Shown: positions 48,381 through 61,114 of the stretch, one piece after another
How positions within the stretch are numbered: the stretch's first letter is position 1
Layout: every line of letters starts with the position of its first letter
Assembly: GCA_047495785.1 (NCBI GenBank)
Contig: JBLDXI010000004.1
Location: forward strand, 992,001-1,056,000
From: Lepidodermella squamata
Lineage: Eukaryota; Animalia; Gastrotricha
Direction of reading: 5' to 3'
Length of the DNA stretch: 64,000 bases
Made by a program: the position numbers and the translations under genes
Notes under the pieces: model-generated
The model's input: the letters and a program-made list of their open reading frames with translations, nothing else
Told to the model about the DNA's origin: nothing
Databases searched by the model: none

Positions 48381-49786
48381 GTATTAGGGTGGTAGCAGTA
48401 ATTTTTCGCTTGGATTTGTATCGAGAAATTTAATGTTGTGCGGTTACGATAAATTTTCCACTCCTCTGTATTATTTTCCAAATTATTTATAAATTGAAAA
48501 TTAATATATGAGAATATCTTGCTTTAAGAAAGTTCAATTCTGGTGACTTCAGCTTGGATTAGATTTTTCAAATTTTTTCTTGTATTAATTTTCGTTCATA
48601 ATTTGGTGATGATTCGTGAAAACTCACTCGCGAAATCCATCTTACGATGTGACATTTTATTCGCAGGCGATCAGGATCGGAAATATCAAGCCTTCTAGCT
48701 TCGTTATTCGCTTTAGCAATCCTAAGATTTAACAGCTGAGTGTGGTACCGTTCTCAAATTTTTTAACAAGACTCGCTGTCATTTTTGCTAATTTTTGGCC
48801 ATTCCGATTTGACCATTAACTTTTTTAAAAATACGGCATTAATATGCTTTATTAGATTAGTTTTTAAGGCAGAGATTCCTTTATAATTCCATCAATGATT
48901 GATTTCAAATCGAATGTAAAATCAGCCAAGCGTGACTGAATTGCTATTTGGACTACGTAAAAGAAGTAGAAGCTGAACATTTCAAGATTACGAATGTTCT
49001 GCTTTGAGTTGGATACATGATTATCTCAGGCTACTAAATTTTGTAAGGTCTTGCTTGATTCCTCAGCTAGCTTTTGCTCAAATAATCTGAAATTCAAATG
49101 TTCCTCCGTTTGCAGGAATCAATTCACTTCTCCATTAGCAATATCCTATCACAAGCTGAAAATGAGTCGATTCAACTTCAGCCGAAAACCCGTCAATCAA
49201 GGATGTCTCGCAATCGCACTGAGATATCCTGAGGAAAGTGCCGAAAGTAAATCGAAATCGATTCGCCTAGCTTCGAAGACCAGTATTTTGTCAAATCCAC
49301 AAGAGCTTAATCGCTCGTCTTGTTACATCACAAGTTATGCTGCACGTCCGCCGGAAGTTTCTCAGACTTTGTCGAACTTCAAACTCGATTGTTCGTTGCT
49401 TCGTTACTCATCTCGCAACTCTTGATCGATTGTGATCCTTTCTAGCTCTAACTGCATTTTAACATGACAAATCAATAAAAGTTTCATAATTTCACTCAAA
49501 TGCCTTCGAAAAGCCCGATTTTGATCTTTGAAGCCTAAAGAAATTCTTGCATGAAACCCACTTGTGCTCATTTCATTCGATTTTCAGATAGTCTTGATCG
49601 CTGGAACCTCTTAGTTCTATTTTAGAACCTTCAGTATCCTGTTTTGAAGTGACAAATAGCTAGAATAAGCGTATGTCCGACTGCTGCCATGAAAAAAACG
49701 GCTTCAAAATGCATCAAAACACCGAGTTCAGACCTTGGTTTGCTGGTTGAACCTCGAACACGAGAAATTTTGCGGCGGCGTCACCC

Positions 49787-49800
49787 GTTACCATGGCAAC
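49787..49800. promoter_or_regulatory. RFX X-box consensus GTTACCATGGCAAC
   Basis: Exact match to GTTNCCATGGNAAC; TCAAGGTCA nuclear-receptor half-site just downstream. Confidence 0.5.
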
Positions 49801-52800
49801 GGCTAGTCAAGGTCACGTACTCTTATTTTATTTTTCCGAGAAGTCTTTTGATGGGATAAAATTATTTTTAAGAACTAACAGCGACTTGGTTAACAAAAAT
49901 TTGCGTAAAATAAATCCCACTTTTGAAGGAAAAACAGGCTGCGCTATGTTGGAAAAATCGGCGAGGTTAAGTTGTAGCGGATTTTTTATTTACGCCAAAC
50001 GGCGAAGTCGTGAAAATGACGCAGTTTGGAATTCAGCGCGAAAATTCGAAACAAACGTTCTTTCGCTTTAAGCCTTTGCTTACGGAATTCAGGAAAATTC
50101 AGGAATATTTGAAAATGCTTTCCTACCAAGTTAGCTTATTTTTGCATAGAATCATGCAGAATACAGAATTTTCGAATTTGTTGAGATTTTTAGTAATTTC
50201 AGAAATTTATCAAAATTTTAAATTTTGAGAGAAAAATTCAGGAATTGGATTTCTTGATTATTCAAAAATGTCGAATTTTTCATTTGCCATGAAATTAATT
50301 TGCCTGAGCTATTTTTCGCCATTTTCAACTGGTGTCTTTGGTGACGGATAATTGCTTCCAAAATTTACCAAAATCAGACTGATGGGTAGAAATTAATTGC
50401 TGAAATTATCGATTTACTTAAACCATTTGCGCTTCATCCAAATGTCGAAATCGGTTGCGTATTTAGTGATCAACAAGATCCCTCAACGTCAATTGGAAAA
50501 AAATTAACGGAACATTTGGAAATTTTCCAAGCTTATCCTTGTTATTGTTGCCTATCCGGTAGGACCAACCGCCGAGAATCGCCGTGAATTGAGGTCAGGG
50601 CGATATGTCCCAGCTTAAGCAGCCCTTTATCTATTCACATTGGAGAATTCATCTGTGATTATACCGCTGCTGTGTCTTGTTACAAAAATAACTCAACGGG
50701 TTGAGCTCCATATCGCGGCACATTGAATATAAATGAGTTATATATGAGTTATATGCGACAGGAAATCATAAAAAATTGATATTTATAATTCCTTATATCA
50801 CACAATGACAATGTCGGATTTTTATGGCACTCGAATAGGACTTCGGATTCAGATTCTAGATGTCTCAAATTCCAAAGCGCGGAAAATTCGAATGATAATA
50901 TCGACGTGCAAATTAGAATTTGGAGAAGCTAGCGAAAATTTAAGATGACAAATCAATTTAAAAATTCATAAAATGAATTCAGCAATTTACGAAATTCAAG
51001 GCTTGAGTTCAGGGCTTTCTCCTAAAATAATTTATAAATACTCTGCTCAGGGTAAAGTCGATCTGGGCTTAAAATGTGGCGCAAGGCACAAGTATCAGAA
51101 ATCAGAATAAAAATGATTGAAAAATCCTGAATTTTCGAAATTATTTTGGTACCACTGCAAGTAAGTTTGTTGAGCTGAAAGATCGGGAGAAAAAATTCCT
51201 ATTAAGTCTAGCCATGTAAGATCCCTAACAACATTTAAAATAAAAATATGAAATAATAATAGAAGCGTAATTATTATTCAGGTTCCACATGAGCGCCTCA
51301 GTAGAAAAATAGAAGGTGGCAAAATTATCACAGGAAAAGATAAAAATGCGAAAAATGGATATAAATATTTCTCCATTAATTTTAAAGGCGGTTGGACTTC
51401 GGATTCTAGTGCCAAAACTGATGAAAGATGATCACAAACACGAGTTTCCTTATATCTATTAGCGAATTTTCTTGATTTTAAATTTCGTAATTTTAAATTT
51501 TAAACCTCTCAAAAAATCAGCCAAGCGATAAAAGCCAAGCTTGAATTTTGTCTATAAAAAAATTCATAACAGAGCGTGTCAATCGGCCATACTAGTACCC
51601 AGCAAATGAACGAGCCGTGGATGGATTTAATGTCACGAGAAAATCTCTTGTAAATGAGAAATTAGATGAATAAAAAATGCGAAAAAAATGAAATAAAAAC
51701 AAATTTTAAATAAAGCGGGCCTTGTGTTACGTGTCATCTGGCACGTGCGCCTTAGGACAAACTAAGTGGAGTGAGAGCCACACAGTTAATCGCGATTTTT
51801 TTCGTCGTTTCAAATCAGGTCAATTTAGTTATTTCATGCAGCTTGCTTTTTGATTGAACAAACTGGCCGGTCTAGGTACTTCGTTTCGATGGCGGGTGGC
51901 AAGGTCAAAGGTAAGCAGGCAAAGCAAATAATAATTTATTTATCGCCCGCCGCACGCTATGGCGGTTGTTTATTGGCCGCGCCTGATCAATTACGGGACT
52001 TTCGGCAATTCGATTTTACGAAAACGGCTTCACGGGTATTCCTGTCTGACGATGCCAACTTTATTCTTCTGCCTGAGTAATAATTTCGGATAATTTCGAC
52101 AGGCAAACGCAACGTAGATAACTCGCTTTCCACATTCCACCTGTACGTTTAACAAGATTAAAATCTTACGGAATTAGAAAAGGCCTGTCATCTATGTAAG
52201 CTAAAATTTGATTTGATTTTTATCACGATTATTCATCGTTGTTTTGACCCTCGAGGCAAATTTCATACTAACCGTATTTTTCCTATAACAGCCCGGGAAA
52301 CTAAAATTACAACGTCGAAATTAAAATTTTTTTTAAAAATTCATCGTTGGTCGATTCGTACTATTTCCCATATTTTCCAACCGACTTCGCCTGTCAACCC
52401 TGGAGTACTGTTAGCGATGAGCGATTCTTAGGGATTCATTAGAACAAGTCATTTGCAGTATTTTTCTCGACAACTTGCGTTTGATTTTAGAATTTCGATT
52501 TCGAGTTTAGCCGTTAAATTTCAGTGTTAATCGCGTGACTTGAAAAATTCCGTAAAAATTTGAATTTGTTCAGAATTTGTAAAAATTCCCTTTCAGAATA
52601 TAGAAAATTTGTGTTTCAGCTGCTAACCAAATTTACTTAGGTTTATTCATCTTTCCCTTTTGAGATTTCATTAGCCTTTTTCAAAAATGGGAATTTCCGG
52701 AAATTCTAATTGGGTAATAATTTAGAATTAATTAAAAATTGCTTCGTTACTTAACAAATAACCAAATATGCTAAGAGTCAATTTTTTTATAATAATTCTA

Positions 52801-55800
52801 TGAATTTCTGGCGAAGAATGAGGAATGAGTTTTGAATTGAAGACTCTCTTCTCTGATAGAGAATATTACGCTAAATACACTGGTGATTTTTTTAGAAGTA
52901 TTGTGGTCAATATCCGAAAAGAAATTTCGGGCCACTAGAAAATTCTAAAATTTGTTTCCGCTCATTTGGTTCCGGTAAGAGGAGGACCCAATAATAGATT
53001 AAAATATGTTCACCATATAAAATTTTAAAAACATCTCAGGAGGGCACAGATCTGAAAAAACTTTTTGATTTCGCATAATTTTCATTTAGTTCAATCTTTG
53101 TATCACTATAGTTTGTGGGCAATGGCCCCCAATCTCACCGAGCCTCTCGCATTTCCTGAAACGCGGTGAGTGACAATCCACCTTAAATTTATTTAATTAT
53201 ATAATTAATTAACGTTTTTACTATGGAGGATATTTATGTCCTCGAACGACTGCATTATGGAACGATCGCGTCGTTGAGCGAGCCCGAAAATATACTGAGA
53301 TGAAGGTAAAAAATGTTAAGACAATTTCTGATAAATTTCTGATAAATAAATTATTGCCTACATCACCTACATCAGGCTGGGCCAGACTTTGTTCCTGAAT
53401 AGAACTACGGCAAGCTGGCGAAATGTGCTATGATTTTCTGCCATCGGAAACATTTAAGTTATTTTGGCATTTTACATCAAAAGACCAACAATTTTAATTA
53501 TAAATTCAATCTAAACTTTTCAAATGGAGGAACTACTGTCGGATTTTGTCATCCCATTCAGTTGAATTTTGAAATGGTGTTAATTTTCAGGGATTTTGCA
53601 CAAGATCGGCTGCTGTCGCCGACTAAGTTCATGACCCAGTGTTGCTGCTGCTGCTGCTGATTTTGAAATTCAGGTGATCAAAACCTCGATATCACGTTTC
53701 TACTACAACTACGTTTTTCGTTATTTTCAGCTGAATCTGTTGCAACCGTGGACTTAAGCTGTTCATTCAAGGCTGAATTCTGGCTGTTCTGGCAACGCCA
53801 AATGAGTCGCATTTAGGCGCAAAAGTGCGCCGAAGAAAGACAATAAAATAATGATTTTTTGTGCTTTTTGCGAATTAGTATTGAATTTGAAATTTTCATG
53901 AAAATTGCCTTTGCTGTGAATATCGTCAATTTTTTGAAAATTGCCGATTTTCTCTTGCTGTTCTCATTTTGCCAGTCCTCTGCTTATCACACCATTTTTC
54001 TCGATTTTTTCCCATTTTTGCAAATTTTGCGTGAGCATTGGTTTTATTTCTGCGCTGTGCTACCTATGCTTACACGGAATTACACGATGTTTCCCGATTT
54101 TTTTGTGCTTGTTTTGCGCATTCTGTGTGAAAAATGCTGTTTTGTGCCGTTTGTACTGTGCTTCCACGGAATTACACGGAGTTGTGAGTCTGGTTGATTT
54201 CGCCGGAAACGCTGGAAAAACTTGTCTTGACTTGCTTTTCTTGACTGAATCATCTTACATGAGTTTACAACGGCGAAATGTCGTTGGAAACTTAAGTTTG
54301 ATGATTCAGCTGGGAGAAGCAAGTCAAGACAAGTTTTTCCAGCGTTTCCGGCGAAATCAACCAGACTCACAACTCCGTGTAATTCCGTGGAAGCGCAGGG
54401 CGAACGGCGGCCAATTATGGTCTAAATGTAAATTCATGTGGGCTGAATCAATAAAATGATCATGTAAATTCATAGGAGTCGATCTAATTTCTCCCTCACT
54501 TTACAGCAAAATACACGGACGTGTTTTTAACCCATTTTACACGAGTTTACAAGCTGAAACTTTTTAGTCCGGGGATCGACTGGGACGCCTTCGGTGCCGT
54601 TTTCGAACCCAGCCTAATCGCTTTGTTTCCTCGGATCGGCCAGGGCCAGGTGTTATGGGCATTTGTCGAAGAAATTTACCTTCGTGACCGTAACCGACTG
54701 TTGCAGCGGTCGACTCGGCTGACCGCGCATCACGTTTTCTCAGTCAAGAAGAAAAATTCCCCGCAAAAAATGAATGTCGCGTACGCCGCGCAAGTGCTAT
54801 CACGGTCTGTCGCGATAGAAATTCTCCTCCTGCATCCTGACAATGTAGATGCGCAGGCGACGGCTTTTTTTCTATTGTTGATGGACGTCTGGTTTGATTG
54901 CCTCAACGGCAACAAGGAATTCGTTCACGAGAACTTTCTGAAATTGAAGCCTAACATTGGTCCGTACCACGTTTCCGATGATAAACGTCTTGTCTGGTTG
55001 GAGGAAACCTTTGTTCCACTCATTGAGAGGATCAATCTCCAAAACAAGAAGGACAAAACGTCGCTGTCGTGGCAAGCCAATCGCGGTCTCCAGGAGACCT
55101 CGCTCAATTTCGTCAATCTCGTTCGTGATGCTCTTGGTAAAGGCGTTGGAACTTTCGTACCAGCTCGTGCTAACCAAGACCATAATGAAGTCCTATTCAG
55201 CCAATTTCGATGTGACGGTGGCTCATCAAAATCGAATCCTAATATGGCGGCAATTCAGAGAAGGGCCGGTATTTTGCGTCATGGCGGGGGTTATTTCGGT
55301 GCGTGCCGAGGTAGCAATGTCAAGGTGCGCGGCCGAACCAACGGCATACCGGTCGCAGATGCTCGAATACTGAAGAAACAGTCGATGAGCCGAGCTAAAG
55401 AGGCCGGTATCCACCGTGTCTATTTGCCGGGTAACCTCGAGATTGACGACTCATCGATCGAATGGGCGGCGGGATTTATTACGCGCCTGCTGTGCCTCAA
55501 GCCCAGCCCTGAGGTGCACAGTCAATATGTCGCCTTGCGATCGTGGGGTAAAGCAACGCAGCCCAATGGTGATGTTTTACGAATCCTGAAGTATTGCCTT
55601 AGCGAACTTCAAGCCGACCTCGTTAACTGCAAGTCGCTTCATCCGCTCATCCCAAAAATTCAAGCAAAATTCAACGATATTCGCGACCAAACTATCATTT
55701 TTCCTGTCTTACAGCGAGCTCAATTTATGGTGGCACGTCGAACGGTGCGTCATTTTAGAGATAAATGCGGCGGCTCCTCTCTAGCCTTCCGAGCCAGCCT

Positions 55801-56964
55801 TAAAAAATTCGGTAAAGATTAGTTTCGAATTTTATTATTTCAATTCTACCTCTCGTCTGCGATTCAATGGTTGTCCGCCATTCTGTTGCAATATTGATAT
55901 TTACTGTGATTATCTTGACAATTTATATATATAGTCATATTCCAAGCCTTCATATGTTGTTGATCTGCTAATTCTTTCACGGCGATGCTTCCTCAAATAG
56001 CGATGTTGCAGAACTTATAATGACTAGAGATAATTTTTATATCAATTACTTGTGATCATTGTTATATAATGATGTGATATATTTGTTGAAATTGTCAGCC
56101 ATTGTTGAATTTTTCCCAAATGAGTAAGCGTCTTTCTTGTGAAAATCCTCTACAGCTATTACATGTGTTGCCATTGTTGAAATTCTTATACTGTGCCATC
56201 GAGTAATATTTTGTATTTTTGTTAGTTGGTTGCTCTCTTGCGTAGCCATTGCTCAAATCTTCGTCAGCAATCACTCAATTTTACGACGAGTATTATTTTT
56301 ATCAATACCGTATTTGTACATATCTTTGTTGAGGTGGCTATTTTTGCAATTCAATGTTGAAAATGCTATCTACCTGAATACTTATATCACGTTGAGATTA
56401 TATCGTCATTACTGAAATAGATTTTAACGGTGGTTACATATTATTGTTGACAGATTTAAACGGTGGTTACATATTATTGTTGACACATCGCCGGTGATTA
56501 TGTGATTAACCGATGTTAACAGAGGCAGAGTGAAACAATAAATTTATACTTTAATGGTCATTTTTTCTGCGTTTTTGATCTTAATATAACAACTAAAGCC
56601 GCCGACACCCTAGACTTAACAGTTCCTGAATATTTCCATGCACAGGACCATTTACACGCAGGAAAATAATTTTAGGCTGTTCTCTTTTGGTGACTCTAAA
56701 AATAGCTCAAGATTGCCCATGCTCCATTCATTATTATTTACAACGTTTTTTTATCGCCTCTACCATGCGTCGCATGACAGCGTTGTCATGGCGATCACTG
56801 CAAAAAATTAATGAGATGATTCACCGCGGGGTCGTGGACTTTGGACCTCATTAAAAAAAACTCGTCTTTCTTGCTTTTTATCGAGCCGCGGCGTCCTATA
56901 GTACGTCTCATGGCTTCTGGCTGTGATCCACTCAAAGAATAACAAAGGTTTTATTCGATTTTAG

Positions 56965-58353
56965 AATGCCCGAATGTGTTACAAATTCGCTGCTTTGACC
57001 CCGTTTTGCGTTCCTGGAAACATCGGCTGCAACAACCCGGGTGATCTCAATGTAAGTATCAAACGAATTTGTTGACATATTCATAATAATATTACACAAT
57101 TTGTCTTTAAGACGTTCTGGTTCAATGATCAGAATGCCACGTTGAGCTTAAAATACAACCTGAAAGAATGTGAGAAGCAACGAGCTGTTTTCGATGTGAG
57201 TAATTCGGAACTACGCAAATGTTCTGATGCGTCTTACATTTTTTTGAATCTCAAACATGCGTACCCGACCCTTACACTTGCCCCAACAATTGGGTTAGTT
57301 TCATCAGGTTCATTTTTAGTTATATCCTCAACATGTTTGTATAACCTAAGTAACTGAAGCAACGCTTTACCCGAATTCAGCGTCCTGCATCAATGGAACA
57401 AGTGAGTATCCTCCTCCCTCCTCTCACACTGCTGATTTTAAATTTTACTTCCCATTTTTTTGAGCGTAGTGACTGTTCCAGACAGCCAAAAGCCTCACAT
57501 TCGATGTTTCGATTCAACTACCGGCAAATTCAACGACTGCCGACCACAAAGCTCAGGCTGTATCATTGGCAATGAGACTCGGCAGTACTCCACCGGGGTT
57601 TACATCAATCGCGATACTTGCCTGATTGGAGTGAGCTTTGGACGGATAAATTAGCTCGACTTTGATTTTTTCTAATTTTTGATTTTTGAACAGAATGCTG
57701 TTTCCTGCAAGGATGTATCCAGTCGAACGTCTTGCTATGCAGCTTGCCCTCAGGATCAATCTCGGGTAACGCTCGACCATCGGCCAATTTTTCTGGTATT
57801 AATTGCAATTTTCTCAATTAAGGATAGGCTGTTCACGGAACTACAGTCCTTTCAACTCAATCACGCCAAATGCATCAAGGATACATCGCCTCCTGTGAGT
57901 TTGTTTTCTTGAATATGTAACCCAATAAATGCAATAACTTTCCTCTGGGCAAAGTCTCTGGGCAAGAAATATCTGCCGATATGGTTCACCCCGACAAGTG
58001 GCAACAAAGCAAACTGCACTTCGAAATGCGCCGAAAACAACGGCACAACAGCTACGATCAAGTCAGCCGATGAGCTGGCCGCGGCCGAGATAGCGCTGGA
58101 ACCTCGCAAGTTTTCGTACTGTTGGATCGGTCTCACTCGGGCACAAGGAGTTTATAAATGGGACGACGGTTCGGATCTTACGTTCAATGAAGTGCCGTGG
58201 TCGGGTACGATTCAGGATGGGTGCATTGTTATCACCTATAATACAGTGCCAAAGCCTGGTTTTTACTATGTACATATTGATTGCGGTTCCAACTGGGCAG
58301 ATTGTTTATGCGAGACGTGGATTTCGCCTGGAAAATCGTTACCTGAAAAATGA
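56965..58353 (+). CDS. Multi-exon Cys-rich protein with C-terminal C-type lectin domain (5' end missing or degenerate)
   Basis: Last exon ~57955-58353 (absent from the ORF track): CTSKCAENNGTTATIKSADE..CWIGLTRAQGVYKWDDGSDLTF..W..GCIVI..DCGSNWADCLCE; upstream short exons with GT-AG borders. Confidence 0.75.
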
Positions 58354-59957
58354 AGACTGCATTGATACATCTGTCACCAGAAGAATAGAGGGCATTTTCC
58401 ACGGATCATACACAATCACGCAAGCCATTTTAAGCATTCGAATTATTCGATAAAGACCAACAAAGGCAAGAGGCGCTCTCAGCATCCAGACCAGTAAAAC
58501 GGCCTACCACTGTCATAGGAGACGGGCACGAGTTGCGACAAACCATCCCGTTGGATGACGAGCATAAAGAAGCGGGCTGCAATATTTCGGGAATAAATTT
58601 TCTGTAAATAGTTATTGCTTATTGCACAAAAAAACGAACTCCTGCGGCGCAATGGAATCGGTCGATGTGAGTTCCACTACTGTACGACTGATGATGAAAA
58701 ATAGGAATATTTAAAAACGTGCTTTCGATCTTTACAAGATGTTTAACCTGAGTCATTGAGGTTGGATTGCAAGGCGTTGATTGGCAGCCGACGAAGGACC
58801 GATCGCTCTGGAGGAAACATCGAATGTGAGGCATGAAAAAATCAGAATCAATCCGCACAACTGTTAAAGTATTTATAACCTTTCATGAGTTTGCATCCAT
58901 AAAAATGAAATAAAAAAATTGAGCGGCCGTATTTATAGGCAAACTAACTGTTTTCCTGAGCAAAGCATAGTGCTGTAGCTGTCGACCGGGTTCTGCTTTG
59001 GGATAATAACGGAAAATGGAAAATTTCTCGATTGACTATCAGTTGAAACCCACTCCGCTATTAGGGCAAGGGCCGTTGATTGGTATGCAAGTTCTCTGGC
59101 CATTTTTGTCACAAGCCGTCGCCTGAATATTCTGAAGCAGGCAGCAATGCCGCGTTTCAAGATCAAACAACTTTGAATTTACCTAGCACCTTAGGATAGC
59201 GCGGATTATTTTCAGGACCCCCGTCGCAAAACACCATCAAAACCGATTTGATAGCGTCCTCGTTTTGAGTGTAGTTTCAAAACTCGGGAAATTGAAACAG
59301 CTGTTGCAAATACGCCACGTGTGATTGCGCACTTGGCTTAATAAAAATTAGAGATAATCTCTTGTGTCCGGTCTCGCTAGACCCCCCTTAGTCTCGAGTC
59401 ACACTTTGGTCGACCCCTCCCCCCCTCGGAAGCCGGACGTCTTTTATGGATGCTCCCCATCCAGAAAATTCCTCAAAATCAAAACAGGAAATTTTTGATC
59501 GTCGATCTCATGCCGGATTTGCAACTTGAAAATGAATTCAACGCGAGTCCGAGCTTTATTAAATGCGGAAAATGGCAAAATAAATTATGATGTTGAATAA
59601 GGCGCTTGCCTGAATTTCATCGAGGAACGAACAATTTGCTTTACAGCCTGTGAAGGTGTCATTCAAACGGGAGAAACAGACAGAATTGTAGTAATAACAT
59701 TTTTTTCTATTCGAAATTGACAGGAGGTTAACCTTTTCATAAGTCAATTGCACGCGTTGAGACGATAATTTATCCATGATTACTACTGTCTGTAACGGCA
59801 GGTAGCCGGCGATACACTCACGGCTTGTGGGTTTGATGCTCTCGTGACTATAGAAAAGCTCATCATCACTCATAAAGCAGCGCTGTTGGCTGCTTCACGT
59901 GTTGCGTGTTTGTAACTACTGTGATATCACTACGAACAGCAAAATAAAAAGAGAGTG

Positions 59958-60097
59958 GCTATTCGTACATATTATGTACAACTTTTTTGCTATTCGTACA
60001 TAAATATGTACGACTTTTTTGCTATTCGTACATAAATATGTACAACCATTTTGCTATTCGTACATATTATGTACACATTTTTTGCTATTCGTACATA
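59958..60097. repeat. ~31-bp tandem repeat x5 with palindromic core, possibly the left TIR of the downstream MULE
   Basis: GCTATTCGTACATA(T/A)(T/A)ATGTAC units head-to-tail, starting with GG; same design as the foldback at 479-973. Confidence 0.7.
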
Positions 60098-61114
60098 AGA
60101 AAAATAATTAAGCTAAAAGGCTGGAATAAGACAAAATAAGACAAAATGAATAAGACAAAATACTCTCGAAGGTATTTTATTCTTCCTCGGTTCTCATCAT
60201 CTCACCATTTTCATAAATATCAAGTCAACCAAGTGTTGCCGCATTTTGGGCTTCTGGAAAATGGCTCAACGGTCCGTACTCGTGACGGTCCACTCGCCAC
60301 AAATGGCTTCACCAGTTACCTTTGTTTCGCAGCCTGAAATTATAGCATGGGGTTACTTGAATTTGATGGAGAAAAGTGAGCTTGACCTCTTTCCTTGCAG
60401 ATTAGTTCCACAACCTTTTCTGTGCTATACCGCACTATCATGTTGCAATGCTGATTAGCTACTATCGCGCATTGGCGATTCGAAGCCTTAACATCTTGAA
60501 CCAGTTCACCGCGGCTCGCGAAGCAGATTTTGAAGACATATTAACAACGATAAAACAATACAGCGATAAATCAACTTTAGATGTTCATATGTTCAGGTTC
60601 TTCAAGCTTTTTTCGAACGAATGTGAATTCATGTGGACTTTGAACGGCACACGCCGACCAGGCACGAGCGCTGAACATTTTTAGATGGAAAATAATAATT
60701 TACGAATTTTATGTGATATTAGAGGGCTACTACTGAATTGAACGGCTGAAAATGTTTCTCATTTTTTTGTTAAAAGATGCCTGCTGTCGATACCTGCTTT
60801 ACTACCATTTATATTGAATCACACTGTTCCTTGCGAAAACGCCTACAACCCATGTTACCGGTTGAGGCGCGCTATCTTGGGGAATATCTTGCCTATCTTG
60901 TTGTTTAACTTAGACTTGAGCATGTTCGTTCGTCATTTTAGATAACTTTCCGAGTTTTCCCAATATGACTATTAGAAAAATTTCGAGCCCTTCCGGCTTG
61001 AAGTACAAGTGCGATGCAAATAAGGAATCCTTAACTGGGTTGAGTGCAGAAATATTAACAGTAATATTTGGTCTTGATCATTAGTCATATTTTTGGTATA
61101 TCGAAGTTTATGAA

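Larger units (their letters stand above)
39944..54573. mobile_element. 14.6-kb non-autonomous CMC/EnSpm-like cargo element
   Basis: CCCGGACAAAAAAG...CTTTTTAGTCCGGG, GA duplication (39942-39943, 54574-54575); arms 39944-~40177 and ~53685-54573 shared with 15485-18069; AT-rich interior without long ORFs. Confidence 0.85.
37701..55822 (+). pseudogene. Hydrophobic peptide-2A-P-element transposase polyprotein, interrupted by an insertion
   Basis: Exons 37701-38026, 38105-38129, 38189-38390, 38452-39749, 39922-39943 + 54576-55822 give one open frame; P-type motifs SIDAMAI, TWDGAGEN, FDPPHVMKITRN, KMNVAYAAQVLSRSVA, WFDCLN, NQDHNEVLFSQFR. Confidence 0.88.
37195..56912 (+). mobile_element. P-element superfamily transposon (~5.1 kb native, plus nested 14.6-kb insertion)
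   Basis: 29-bp perfect TIR CATGAGACGTACTATAGGACGCCGCGGCT at 37195 and its reverse complement ending at 56912; encloses both halves of a P-type transposase; no matching 8-bp TSD. Confidence 0.88.

Noticed and set aside
54521-54575. Independent gene starting at 54521
   Set aside because: The first 18 codons are transposon terminal sequence; the rest is the continuation of the P transposase.
59958-60097. CRISPR-like array of ~31-bp palindromic repeats
   Set aside because: Units are contiguous without unique spacers, there are no cas genes and the context is eukaryotic; better explained as a foldback/MULE terminal repeat.
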